A stretch of DNA of 62,802 nt, filler included, from Bonamia ostreae (Eukaryota), in the NCBI GenBank assembly GCA_040357525.1. It is 40 parts of 40 records of this genome, joined end to end, with 100 filler letters (N's around TTAATTAATTAA, not from the genome) between each part and the next. Parts side by side here need not be neighbours in the genome. Positions count along the whole stretch, not along the records: positions 1 to 1,484 come from JBDODL010001726.1; positions 1,585 to 3,066 come from JBDODL010001727.1; positions 3,167 to 4,647 come from JBDODL010001728.1; positions 4,748 to 6,228 come from JBDODL010001729.1; positions 6,329 to 7,808 come from JBDODL010001730.1; positions 7,909 to 9,388 come from JBDODL010001731.1; positions 9,489 to 10,967 come from JBDODL010001732.1; positions 11,068 to 12,546 come from JBDODL010001733.1; 32 more parts are not named here. One strand, 5' to 3'. Both the position numbers and the translations under genes were made by a program. This document shows positions 1-12,773 of this stretch, piece after piece. The notes under the pieces are model-generated. The model was not told where the DNA came from. It was given only the letters and a program-made list of their open reading frames with translations, and ran no database searches. Position 1 is the first letter of the stretch; every line of letters begins with the position of its first letter.

Positions 1-356
1 GCAATTTTTTTCGAAAAATTTTAAAAACAGTACAATGTAAAATTGACAATTTATCGAGATAACAGAAATCTCCTTATAGACACCTCTTCCCGAGAACGAG
101 AACGGAAGAATTTTAGTTAATAAAGATTTGATCTCTCCACTTCACATTTCTCCTTTGTGAGAAGGGCGACGCTCTTTTCGAAGATAAAGGAGAAATTTGA
201 TAAATTTATTTCGATTTAAAAACAGGATTGCTGCCATCGAATCGCAACAAATTATAAATAAAAATTAATAAAGTTTCCGATAAAATTTAAAAAGTCCAAT
301 TTCGTTTTGTTTATAAAAACGTTATAAATCGATCGAAACAAATTTTACAACTAAAG

Positions 357-1401
357 ATGATGATAATGGTAGAACAATTGTACATAGTAGGAGCGATCAT
401 TATTTTATCCTTTTCGGTCTATTTTGGATACTTCAAATCAGTTTCTCTTCTATCCCCGCCGACACCGACAGGTTGTTCCAATAATGGCAACACAAAATAA
501 TTTTGATAATTATTAACTCGTTATTAAAGGCAAAACTTTATTTTCTGCCAATTTCTCGTTAAAGTCAAATTTAAAAAATTTTAAATCTCTCAAAAACAAA
601 ATAAATTTGAAAAAATTTGGCAGTTTACAAATTTAAAAAATTTTAAATCTCCCAAAAACAAAATAAATTTGAAAAAATTTGGCAGTTTACAAATTGGAAA
701 GATTGCAAAAAAATTGTTTTTGACAAAAAAGACAGCGGTCACGAAAGAAGAAAAATGTTCAAGAACACCAAAAATCTGCAAAAATTGGATTACAAACACA
801 AAAAGAGCATAAATTACGGCGTTCCGACCGAAAAATTGTGCATTTCCGGATCCTTTTTCGAACGCAACGAAGAAGGCTTCAAATTCCATGTCCAGATCAT
901 CAAACCGGTTCCGCCGGTTGTCCCAAAAGCGGTCATTTGCTTCGTGCACGGCTACAGCTCCGGCGCCATCTACCACATGAAACAGCTCTGCGACAACTTG
1001 AGCAGCGGTGGATTCGTTGTCATCGCGATGGACGGAAGGGGGCACGGACTAAGCGACGGATTGCATTGTTACATACCCGACTTCGAACAATATGTCGAAG
1101 ACTATTATCAGTGCTTCAAAAGACATTCTGCGCCGTTCGAATCTCTGAACAAATTCCTTTTCGGAATTTCGATGGGCGGCGCGGTTTGTTTGCATCTTTT
1201 GGAGAAAGACAGAAAGGCGAATCTGTTTAAAGGAGCGATATTGTCTTCGCCGATGGTGAAAATACCTGCGAAGAAGATTCCGAATCGATTCGTTTACACC
1301 ATTTTTGTCGTTTGCAGTTATATTTTCCCTTCTGCGAAGATAACGCCAGCTCATTACGACGACAAGTTTTATAACGACGACGAATTGGCTTCTTTTATAA
1401 A
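357..1401 (+). CDS. Monoacylglycerol lipase/lysophospholipase (alpha/beta hydrolase), protist, 3' partial
   Basis: Motifs FVHGY, DGRGHGLSDG and nucleophile GISMGG. Exon 1 (357-471, hydrophobic anchor) joins in phase across GT-AG intron 472-731. Next donor GTTTTT at 1402. Confidence 0.85.
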
Positions 1402-1484
1402 GTTTTTTTTTATTTTAGTGCTTTTTGTTGTTTTCTTCGTTGTTGAATTTTGTTTTGTCGTTGTCACTAAAATTTTTTATTTTT

Positions 1485-1584
1485 NNNNNNNNNNNNNNNN
1501 NNNNNNNNNNNNNNNNNNNNNNNNNNNNTTAATTAATTAANNNNNNNNNNNNNNNNNNNNNNNNNNNNNNNNNNNNNNNNNNNN
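1485..1584. other. Artificial contig spacer N44-TTAATTAATTAA-N44 (first of 39 identical spacers, last at 61241-61340)
   Basis: Identical 100-bp block about every 1.58 kb. The 12-mer gives stops in all six frames. Flanking contigs shrink monotonically from 1484 to 1462 bp. Confidence 0.99.
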
Positions 1585-2820
1585 AACACAAGGTACCTAG
1601 TTTCAAACGGGGAACATTTCTGAAACATTTATAACTGTTCTTGTTACAATTAGCACTAGTTACAATTCCTTATGATTCAATATTGAATTCGACACCTGAA
1701 GATTACCCTGCGTAATGTATGTAATTTCTCTTGTATTATCCAAGTAATCCGTCAAGTTTTTTTCCCTTTCGTTTTGAATATGGAGAACATCCCATCTTTT
1801 CTTAAGAGTCATAGTGTCCCAGGCTTTATGGTTGTCTTTGGATATTTTTTGTTTGTTCTATTTAATTAATCTTCCAAGTTTTTTATACATGTAATATGGG
1901 GACCTCCCTATCTTTTCTTAAGAGTCATAAAGTGCACTTAATTATTATCTTGGAGTTGACATGTGGTAAGAACTCAAAAGATAAATCACAAACATCTAGA
2001 ATAGACATGTCTTCGTTTTATTGAAGTTCACAATCGATATCAAAACAACTGAACTTTAAAAGCAGATCTTACTCAACAGATGAATTGCACTAGGCACAAG
2101 AATATTGAATTACCACTTCCTGGAAAATGTGCTATTGCTATAAATAAAAGCCGGGGGACGAAATAGTTTAAAAGAAATTAGAAATCGTGAAAAATAGGTC
2201 TCTATATGTGTGTTAAGTACAATCGAAAATAACCAAATGTATATTTTCTTTAGTAACATAAATACAATTTATCAAACAGAATGTAGTTTATTGCCAAGGA
2301 TTTCTCAATAAACCAAACATGGGGGGGGGGGGGTATGTATAGAGAGTTATATAAGGAGGGGTGTATTAATATAAATTTAAACTTTTGAACAACATAGAAA
2401 TTTTATGAGTCCCTTAATTTTTCAGGAATGTAATATTTGTATTTATTACAAAAAATAATAATTAAAAAAATGAAAACCCTACGTCAAAACATTACATCAA
2501 CTCATATATCCATTTACATTATCTAAATTATTTTTCTTGTCATTTTATTTTGTATCTGGTGTCCTTACGATATGATTAATTGATTGAAATATCATTTAGA
2601 TATTTCTTCTTTGCATTAGTTGTTCCTTAATTGATTTAATGCCATAATAAAATATAACATCATCTTTAATGCCCTCTTTTATATAACAGACGGAACGGTT
2701 TTTTTCTTAATACATTCTTACTAAACGTGTGTGGTTTCTTTCTTTATCATTGTCAAGAAAATGCAAAATAGGATGGGATTTTCTCATCAAGAAATCTTGA
2801 AAATAGCATAACATCTTTCT

Positions 2821-3066
2821 AACTTAGATTAGATTCACGTTTTTCAAACCATGCCTCTCGAGGATAGGTTGGGGCCACAATAGGAGACTAGAGTTTTTCA
2901 TACATGCAGGTTGTCTCGGAAAAATCTTTAAAAATCTCCACAAAAGCTACTGGGTCAGAAAATTTGAAGATCACACGAAAGGTTCCTGGCATAGAGAAAA
3001 TTCAAGTTTTTTAAATCATGCACCCTGGGGGTAGAGTGGACCCACAAAAGGGAATCAAAGTTTTAA
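2821..3066 (+). repeat. Oyster-type ~166-bp satellite/Helentron-associated monomer, degenerate; related fragments at ~8955-9015 and ~16550-16630
   Basis: GGGGCCACAATAGG..AAAATCTTTAAAAATCT..CTGGGTCAGAAAATTTGAAG..ATTCAAGTTT..AAATCATG..GGGGGTAG resembles the recalled Ostreidae HindIII/Cg170 satellite. The core recurs in three host contigs. Confidence 0.65.
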
Positions 3067-3665
3067 NNNNNNNNNNNNNNNNNNNNNNNNNNNNNNNNNN
3101 NNNNNNNNNNTTAATTAATTAANNNNNNNNNNNNNNNNNNNNNNNNNNNNNNNNNNNNNNNNNNNNGCTCTGTTTCGAATTTTGATTTCTTTAGCCGTTC
3201 CAGACAATGTTTTGTGACTTTTATCTAGAATCATTTTTTGGTTTGTTCTATTTAATTTTTTTGTTTGTAAAAAAACTAAAATATTTGTTTTACTTGACAA
3301 TTTTTATACTTGTTTCGATTAAATAAAGGTTTGCAAATTTTATTAAATTTTATTAAATTTTCAGTCTACCATTTTTTATTTAATTGCAAGTTAAGTCGAT
3401 TAAGATTTAATCTCTTTTCCATTTCGTTTTTCGTCGAATTATCATTTTTTTCAATTAACATTTTTATCGGAAATGTCGTCTTGGCATTCTGCTTAAATGA
3501 TTTTTTTAATAAAAATGTAAATAAAAAACGAAAATGTTTTTTTCGGGCAAAATTAAATTTGCCGTTTTGATTTTTAAAATCAATTTTGACCAAAATGAAT
3601 ATTTTATAATAATTTTTTATTTTTTAAATTTTCAATTATTTTTAAATTGAAAAATTTCAAAATTT

Positions 3666-4547
3666 TCATTTTAGTTTATTTAGTCGATCTTCAAGGTTTC
3701 CGAACTCCTTTTTGCTGTCACTCGATTCATTTGCCGAACCATTTTTATTGTCACTTGTGCTTGATAAATTTTGTAAATCGCGTTTAAATTCTTTTTGGTT
3801 TTTATCATAACTATTTTCGGATAAATCTGCGCCATTTTGATCTATTAACTTTTCCATTTCTTTTTCAAATTCTTCTTCTTTTTCTAAAAATTGCCAAAAA
3901 TAACCAAATTTTGTCAAATCGATATCCAAATCATATTCCTCTGAGATCGATTTCAATCGAGAAATAACTCTTTTCCGCCGAGGAGGATTGACGCTTAGCC
4001 AATCTTTCACTCTTTTTTCAACATAAGCTTCGTTTGTAATCACGTTCGCCTCGAACTCTTCTCCGAATCGATTCGTCAATAATTTCATCGTCTGTTAAAT
4101 TGGAATTTAAAACTTTTTCCAGTTCGTCAGTTTCGATGCGATCGGAACAAAATTTGCACGTCGAGATTTTCTCTTTTATGTCGATAGGCAATTCGTCCAA
4201 AGAATCGATGAGACCAACTCTTTCTTTCAAAGTCTAGATGACAAGAAAAAACTTCGATGACGACAATTAAATGTTCGAGACACAAAACCAAATCTTCGCT
4301 TCTTATCAAACTTTCGCATTTTATCATCGCCAAATCGGTTTTTTTGTTTTGAAACAAATTTGCGATCTTTTTAAAGTTTTGTTGGAAACTTCTTTTTTTG
4401 TATCGGCGACAAAATTTGTTTTCTTTTCAATGTTGACTTGTACTCTTGAAATGGCCAGTTTCAGATAAGTTTCTCTAAAATGTCAAATTGTTACAGTGTT
4501 CTTCTGAACTTTTTGCTTTTTTGTGATGTCGTTTGAGCTGCGCCCAT
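3666..4547 (-). CDS. IST1: IST1-like ESCRT-III/Vps4 regulator, complete gene with 4-5 tiny introns
   Basis: Removing GT-AG introns 4475-4494, 4367-4389, 4234-4252 and 4092-4113 gives one ORF: LETYLKLAISRV..KKEIANLF..AMIKCESLIRSED..LKERVGLI..LSVNPP..RLKSISEEY. C-terminal MIM1-like FGNLEDRLNKLK. Confidence 0.85.
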
Positions 4548-4779
4548 TTTGAAATTAAGATGTTTCAATATAATAATTTTGATAAAGCTTATTTCTTTTT
4601 GTTGTTGGATTGAATATAAATAATGCGAAAGTTTTTTGTTTCTTTTTNNNNNNNNNNNNNNNNNNNNNNNNNNNNNNNNNNNNNNNNNNNNTTAATTAAT
4701 TAANNNNNNNNNNNNNNNNNNNNNNNNNNNNNNNNNNNNNNNNNNNNCTATAAAGAATACAAAATTAATAGTGAGCCAA

Positions 4780-5380
4780 ACAGGGACCTCTTGACATACT
4801 AAAAGTGGGATGAGGTATATAGCAGGAGTAAGAATTTCTTGTTTACCGTTCATAGAAAAAACTTTTTATAAAATACTTTTAAAATAAGTAAAACCTAGTT
4901 GATGTGTTCAAATACTGGGTCTAACGAAATGGTGAGATTTAAGGCTCCTCATAACGGCCGAACGCCGTACAACTCGATCAGTCAAACCGAGTAATGTGTA
5001 GTGGAAATGGGTCAATAACGAACGAATTGACAACAGGAATGAGAAACATCAGATAGTGTTCGACCAAATCACAGGCTTTGTTGGAACATTATATAATAGA
5101 TACCATAGAATTCTGAAATACGTATTTTAACAAGACTGTTTAAACCATGTGACATCAACGTATTTGTCAATGGCCTGCCTCGCTTTGAAAATTGAACGAT
5201 ACGTGAAGGCAACATAGATAGAATGTGCAAGGGATTACGAAAAATTGCTACACATGCATGTAATGTTTATAATGGGTAGCTGGTCTTCAAGTTTGTCGTA
5301 GAGTTCAGTAGATGGTTTGCAATCAAAACTGTGCTGAAGGAAATGTCTAAATATCAAGCAGGTATAAGATACACTGTGGT
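4780..5380 (-). mobile_element. Decayed Penelope-like retroelement (RT C-terminus plus terminal repeat), host
   Basis: Minus strand gives YLDI..LYDK..INI..CSN..RGRPLTNTLM..FYG with stops and frameshifts. The terminal-repeat motif at 4780-4830 recurs at ~6020-6110, ~22850-22930, ~54965-54989 and ~59540-59630. Confidence 0.55.
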
Positions 5381-5830
5381 GTGTTTTATATAGAGTTTAC
5401 TGGGTTATATCAAATCGACATATGTTTTTAAATAAGTAAAACGTAGTTGATATGTTCAAATACTGGGTCTAACGAAATGGTAAGATTTTTTTCTCCTCAT
5501 TTAAAACATTTATTTTATATGACAATAACAGGTCAGCTTTGCAATTAACTTCAAATTCAACAATACTGTTTTCCCCCGAAAATCAAATTTATGACAACTT
5601 TTTTTTAAAACCCTAACGTTAACCATGTATGCAAAATTTGATTTACTAATCTGTTTCAATATCATGCTTTGTACGCACCGGTGATTTTGAACTACGCTAT
5701 GATGTTGTAGTTTGGAGCAGTTCTATGTTATCATCTTAGTTTCAAATAAGTTGAAAATTTAAACTGAATTTTAGTAATTTATACACTTTAATTGATATTA
5801 TCACTAATAACCCAATTTAATTTTCAACAG

Positions 5831-5965
5831 AGAAAATATCCCCCTTTCCATTACGATATGAATGTGGTGCCCGTTTGGCAAGATTGTATAAACGGAACAG
5901 GGATCACCGTCGGGGTTGTTGACGGAGGAATCATGTGGAAAGATCCGGATATATCACACAAAAAA
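5831..5965 (+). CDS. Proprotein convertase (furin/kexin-like S8) internal exon, host
   Basis: DMNVVPVWQDCINGTGITVGVVDGGI..DPDI matches the S8 catalytic-Asp region. Flanked by ttttcaacag and gtaagt. Confidence 0.7.
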
Positions 5966-6471
5966 GTAAGTATGAACTTTCGGTTTGAAAACTATGTAAA
6001 AATACAGGATTTAAACTATTGGAAACAGGGACCCCCAGGACATACCAGAGTCGGGGCTAGTAGGAGTAACCATATCCTGTTGACCGATCCAATCCACCGT
6101 GGTCCTCTATCTTGATAAGACTATCAGAGTAAAAGTTTGGTAAATCAATAGCTATATACGATAGTTTATGAATAAAAACGTTATCATTCAACCTACTAAC
6201 GGTTTGTATTTACAAACATGATTTTGAGNNNNNNNNNNNNNNNNNNNNNNNNNNNNNNNNNNNNNNNNNNNNTTAATTAATTAANNNNNNNNNNNNNNNN
6301 NNNNNNNNNNNNNNNNNNNNNNNNNNNNCTGATGAATTGTCCATACATGTGATAGTTATTCGAAAGTTAAAAGCTTAAAAATTAAAGATCACATATACAC
6401 TATCAATGATAAGTCCTGAAATACAATTTAACATTATAGTTTTGATTTTCAGCGGCGTGTCCTGAAATACA

Positions 6472-6667
6472 ATGAATACCATAGTTTTGAATTTCAGTGC
6501 CGTGTTAATTGCTTTTGGTGTAATTTTGCCGCTAATAAGTGGGGAAGCACAATATAACGTTATAATTGTGTTTTTCAGTGCTATTGGAATCGCTTTTGCA
6601 GTAATCTTGTTGCTTATCCTGCTGGCGGTTATTAGAATTCTGTTCAAGAAAAGAGGTCACACACAAG
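6472..6667 (+). CDS. Exon of small single-pass membrane protein (signal peptide plus TM), host
   Basis: Two hydrophobic stretches followed by basic RILFKKRG and a GTATG donor. Confidence 0.35.
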
Positions 6668-9562
6668 GTATGACATTGTTTGTTATATTCAGTGTCTTTT
6701 GATTTTCGTTTGAATTGTTCGCAGAATATTAAACAATTTTGTTCCATTATTTCTTGCATTTTAAAAACAAATTGATCATAGTGGTGATTTAAAACAAAGC
6801 ATAATATACGCTGTTGAGGTATTGCTGGGTGTTGATCACCCTGACTTGCCATGATGCAGAAGATACCCAAATTTTGTTAGCATATTGGATTTCAGCCATT
6901 TCCTCTGAAATAATTTATATTTGTGAGGGTCAATTTTCATGGATCGTTTTATGTTACAATTTCATTTGAGTGTAACTTCGTTTCTGTGAATTTAAACATT
7001 ACATAATTTGTGTATTTCATTGTGTTTGAAAATCGCAGGATAGAGTTATCTACAAAATCTAATGATTCAATAGCAAGATAATGAGATTTCTACATAATGT
7101 ATTTTATCTTATGCAGTGTTAAATGTAGCACTGTAGTCGGATGACGATAATGTGTTATAGATGTAATTTTGACGTTCCTTAGTGTTTGCCTCGACCTAGA
7201 AAGACACTCTGTCATTGGATAAAACGTGTCATTTAATTGCTGTCTAAATTTCATTAAACGCCGAGTAGCAAAGTTTAGATTGCAACCCCTAACGGCGTCC
7301 GGAACGTCTTTTGTAATTGTGTATCTTTCTTATACATATTCATATGTTAAAGATATTGGTCTTCAACAAACCAAAACACTGATCTTATTATTAGGTTTGC
7401 TACTGACTATCTACAGAAATTTAGCAGGTTTTTAAAGTCCACAGAAGGATCAGTGTCGCCTCGCCGTCTTTGGTTTTAACGACCTGACAAATTTCTGTAG
7501 ATAATCAATAAGAAACCTAATGAGGTATATTTTGTATAATGGCAGTATACTGTATATATTTTGACTTCAGTGTGACACCAAATGTTTCTAAGCTATTGTC
7601 ATCACAAACCTGAGTTTATCAACTCCACTGACAACCATGCAACTTGATAGCTATTAGATAACTTTGGTAGACATCAGCAATGTTCGGAAACGGTTATACT
7701 CAGCATTTCTATGTTATCTTCCTGGCTTGTGTTCAATTACCATGTGACATTGACTTAGCTCTAGTAGACTATGAAATGTGAAGATAACGCTAGCGATTCA
7801 CAGAGAATNNNNNNNNNNNNNNNNNNNNNNNNNNNNNNNNNNNNNNNNNNNNTTAATTAATTAANNNNNNNNNNNNNNNNNNNNNNNNNNNNNNNNNNNN
7901 NNNNNNNNAGAGGCTACTTTAAACAGGAAGAAATATGGTGAGTGGTTTTTTTTAAGATCACCTAAGTAGCTTCTGAAAATTTTCTACCAACATCCTTTTC
8001 TACCGCCCAGAACAATAAGAATCTAAAACCATGCTTCCCAACAGTAGTTAGTAATTTGTCATAACTCATACTAGCTTAATCACATCATAGACACTCTTGA
8101 ATTTGTTTGGGAATTGCAATTTAGGATTTAATGTATAGGGATTGTCATAATTTCTGACAAGCATGTTTATGCTCATTGAAATGATTTTAGCTTGTGGGGA
8201 TGAATATCCTGACAACCATGGTTATGACCATTGATACAAATATGTACATGTATTAATACTTTTGACTTAATAACTTTGAATTTTGACATACTTTTCAAAA
8301 TCCTTATCGTTGACAATATCGAATGAAACCAGCAAGGGGTACTGACTGCCCTATTCTAACTGTTATACACATATAAATGAAGGAAGTAATCCAATTCATA
8401 TTGTTTGTAATTTAAGATATTCATGTGTTTAATGATTTAATTGGACTAACTCGAACTAATATTACTGCGTCGATGATGGAGGGGTGCATTTGGAGCACAT
8501 GTGTAATGTTAAATATGCTCACCTCTACCATTAGCACTAGTTAAATATGTTTTGATTATAATTCACAGAGGTAATCCTGTAGCTCCTTAACCTTTTCTCT
8601 TTGAACTAAGATTCATTCATGTACTTATACCTTATAGGAAACAAGCATCATAAACTGTTGTACATTCTGGTTATGAGCCTGCAGTACAATCATTCTTGGG
8701 GAGGAGTGTACAAAACTCTAAAACACCACGAGAAATATCCAAATATGAAAGAAACCAGCATGGTCATAAAGAAATCTTCAAAAACAACACTGAATCAATG
8801 CTCAATATTCCAGAGGAGATGGATGGTTCAGCCTATAGTAAAGGTCATTCATTGACATTCCTGTCCCAGGATCTGATCAACAGTGGGGAATGGGTGAAAT
8901 ACAAGAACAATGATGTAAGTAATCAAATAGACAGGATACATTATTTAAGATTAACATGGGTTAGGGTGGGGCCACAATAGGGGACCATAGTCTTATATGC
9001 GAATGTATAAGGAACCAAACTAGACACAAAACATCCTTTATGTTAATATGGAAAGCCTTATTCATGTATAATGGCATATGCTATTTAATGAATTTTTGGT
9101 CAACTATAATAATTAAGTTTGATTATTAACATAATTAATCAATCTTTGTAGGTTGTTAACTGATTATGAAGTTTTTTTTTCTTTTTCTTAACTATTAATT
9201 TGATTGTTTTATTTTTGAAATTTACTAATTTTGATATTTTTGTTTTCTTATTTTATATTTTCATAATTGTTAGTTTGTGAAAGTATTTATTCTGGTATAT
9301 TTTTAGTATGATTTGCGTGATTTAAAATAATCTTTGTTTACTTTTTCATGATATGTTTTAGTGTTTTATTATTTTTTTTTATGTGTGTNNNNNNNNNNNN
9401 NNNNNNNNNNNNNNNNNNNNNNNNNNNNNNNNTTAATTAATTAANNNNNNNNNNNNNNNNNNNNNNNNNNNNNNNNNNNNNNNNNNNNTAAAGATCACTA
9501 ACGGTTATTGATTCCAATATCGGGACATTAATTAAAATACTTTCATAAAAGATTATTTAATT

Positions 9563-10794
9563 ATGATTTTTTGCGCCATTTTTTTATCTTTCGTGTGTTC
9601 ACCACCTCCATTATGCAAGAGATTCAAAATCAAAGATAAATATTTTATACCTAAACCAAGCGAAAATCGATACTATTGCAGTACAGCTGTTTTGGATATT
9701 GAAATTCCTGCAAATTTGCAACCGCTATCTGAAGTAAACAAAATATGCAGAGTACCTTATCATTTTGATAGTTCACACGAATGCGAGATCAAATTAACAG
9801 ACCATTTTGAAATCTATTTTTACAAGAAATGCAACTTGGCCAATAATTATTTTAACGTAAAAAACAACGTCCTAGAAGACCATATTCTTTGCGAAGAAAC
9901 AGGCGATAACATTTACGATATCAACTATTTTTGCCAGATCACAAAATTACAATCGAGTTTAATAGAAGATGGCGGCAGAAACTGTAAAAAAGGAACATTT
10001 AACAATAATCACTATTTCAGAGGAGAATGCGTCTTGAATAGACCTTATTTCAGCATAAACGGCGATTCTACTTCAGAACATTTATCTTGTGCGTCCAATC
10101 GGGATAATATCTTCGATATAAAAAAATTTTGCAGGTTAACAAAATCGACTTCAACTTTGCCCGCGATCTTATTTTCAGAAAAGGGTGAATGCAACACCTT
10201 TATCAAAGACGAAATTAATTATTACGGAAAATGCTCCTTCGAAAAACCATTTTTCTACAAAAATGGCGTGGTTCTAGATGATTTTATTCAATGCGAAGAA
10301 ACTGACACCGCACACAATTTAATAAAAGCTTGCGAAATTCCGAAATCCTCCGAAAGATTTACAGTGGACAAATCTAAATGTTCTTCTAAGGATAAAGATG
10401 GCAAATACTTTTCCGAGAAATGCACAAATACAGATTCGAATGCTTCTGGAAATTTAATTCGATGCGACAAAGGCGATTTATTGTGTTTAATTGTTTTAAA
10501 ATAGATCGATTCGATACCTGCGAAAACAATTTGACTTATAAATGCCAAAATGTTAAATTCGATGATATAGATTTCATAAAAGAAAATTGCAATCTGCAAA
10601 CTAAAAATGGGCTCAAGTTTAAAAAAGGCAATGAATTGGTAGACTCTTTTGTTATCACTGATTTTAGTTCATGTGATAATATAAAAATTTACAATGATAA
10701 CATAAATGACGATGAAGCAACTGGAGAAGAGAGTGGAGATGTTACTTCCGTTGGTCTTGCAGCAATTGCTATTCTTTATGTCGGATTACTTTAA
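9563..10794 (+). CDS. Secreted Cys-rich repeat surface protein with C-terminal GPI-like signal, protist
   Basis: Signal peptide MIFCAIFLSFVCS and repeated ~67-aa Cys modules. The 20-nt intron 10485-10504 joins the two ORFs in frame. Ends in an acidic spacer plus VGLAAIAILYVGLL*. Confidence 0.75.
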
Positions 10795-12391
10795 TATCTG
10801 CATAAATATCTTACTATTTTTTTGTTTATTATAAATTTCTTGCCAAATTTAAAAAAATGTTGTAAAAGCATATCTCTGTCGACCTAAATGATTTCGAAAA
10901 TCAATTTCCAAAGTCTAAATTCGTTTTTGTCAAAATTTAAATGATTTTTAGCCCATTCGATGACAGANNNNNNNNNNNNNNNNNNNNNNNNNNNNNNNNN
11001 NNNNNNNNNNNTTAATTAATTAANNNNNNNNNNNNNNNNNNNNNNNNNNNNNNNNNNNNNNNNNNNNTGATAACTATGATTAAACACATTTTAAAAAAAT
11101 TAAGTTTTTTAGAGTGTTGCATCAATCGCTTTCAGATTCAATAGATAAGCTAGTCTAGCGACACATAAACGAGCTAATGTTATAATGACTGTATCCCCAT
11201 GTACTATAGTTCTTGAAGTCTGAATTAGAAAATAGCTACCATAGTTTTTCATTCATTGTCTTTATCATGTACTACCGAATGAATGATGCATGTAAACTTC
11301 CCTTTTTCTTATAAATTGCTAGAAAATTGTTACGTTTTATGAAGTCATTCCAGCCAGATTAGTAATATAGGGCGAAACCTTCTTGTTTTAGACTCATTTT
11401 CACTTCAAAATTGTACTTTTAGTTTGCTGTCTATTGTTTAACACAAATCTCCATCATGTAGTGTCAAATTTATTTTCTCTATCTGATTTCTATTTTTAGA
11501 ATATCGGATACATATTTCCATATTGAGTGTTTGCATGTATGCTCCAGGTTTGCCAAATGATACATTTGTTAACTTTATACAGTACTTCCTGGTAAATCCA
11601 CTCTTTAATACATTGAAATCAAAATGGATATACCACGAAAATACTCCTCAAAGTCAAGGGTGTCCGTTTTCCGAGTATTTTGTAAATCTACATTATCGAT
11701 CATTTTCAACAGAGAAAATATATTACGTTAAGATATCGTTATTTCAATACATATTTTGGTAATTGAAAAATCTACTACAAACTTATTTTATGTGAGATAA
11801 ACTTTTATTATGAAATAATCAGAGAGCCAGTGCGTCACAGGGAGAGGGCCTCAGTAGTATGCTTACTCAAAAAACTTACTCACACTCTCATCTGTCATTA
11901 GAATTATATGCAAGTATTGACGCACATACAATGATGAACGATCATGAATGATTGTTACTCATTGCTACTGTTTTGTTACCAGTTTACACCAATTGTTACC
12001 GAACGTCGCTTTGGTTTCAGACGATAGAATCTGGAACACGTCTGTTATCAAATATAGCAGCATTATATATCGGATGAATAAAAACCACTCATTTTAAACT
12101 CAGTGAAAAACCATGTTAATTCAATCTATATATCCCACTATCAAAGTTGTTTAATATTTTTGTACATGAATAATTGTGCCATTTCATTTTCGTATTTATG
12201 ACACATTTTTGACAATATCCTTCTATTGTCACATTTACAAAGATTGCTGTTTAACATGGGCATTCTTTACAACTTTCTCCCTCTGCACATAATTCCCTCG
12301 CTACGTCCAGTGGTATGTGGATGTTCTTCTTTATTTTAAGCATTTTTATAGGGTAAATCTAAAAATGTCGATATATGTTTGTACATTGTAG

Positions 12392-12491
12392 GTATGCTGA
12401 CAGACACAGTCAACTCCACTATGATTGGCGCCGGAGTGGGGAGCGTCGTAGTTATCATCCTCATAATCATCATTGTTTTTATTGTATTAAG
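12392..12491 (+). CDS. Transmembrane exon of a type I receptor, host
   Basis: After ttgtag: GMLTDTVNSTMIGAGVGSVVVIILIIIIVFIVLR, then a GTACTC donor. Confidence 0.45.
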
Positions 12492-12773
12492 GTACTCGTA
12501 AATTTTAGCAAATGGTGTGGATATAGATCATGTTTCCGCAAACAAANNNNNNNNNNNNNNNNNNNNNNNNNNNNNNNNNNNNNNNNNNNNTTAATTAATT
12601 AANNNNNNNNNNNNNNNNNNNNNNNNNNNNNNNNNNNNNNNNNNNNCGTAAAATTGTTTTCTGTTTTCAAGTTTTATAAAAGCGATAAAAACAGAAAATT
12701 AAATAATATCAAAATTCAAAAATTTGAAAGGAAAAGCAGACGAAAGTTCAACAAGCGAAGACGAATAAAAAAA

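Noticed and set aside
590-1354. Antisense or alternate-frame ORFs over real genes (also 32296-33035, 59731-60391, 61394-61781 and 62063-62431)
   Set aside because: They are shadow frames of motif-supported genes and have no independent motifs.
1529-1540. Regularly spaced TTAATTAATTAA palindrome as a biological repeat, and ORFs ending in XXX-LIN
   Set aside because: It is always flanked by exactly 44 N on each side, so it is a synthetic six-frame-stop spacer. ORFs crossing it are artefacts.
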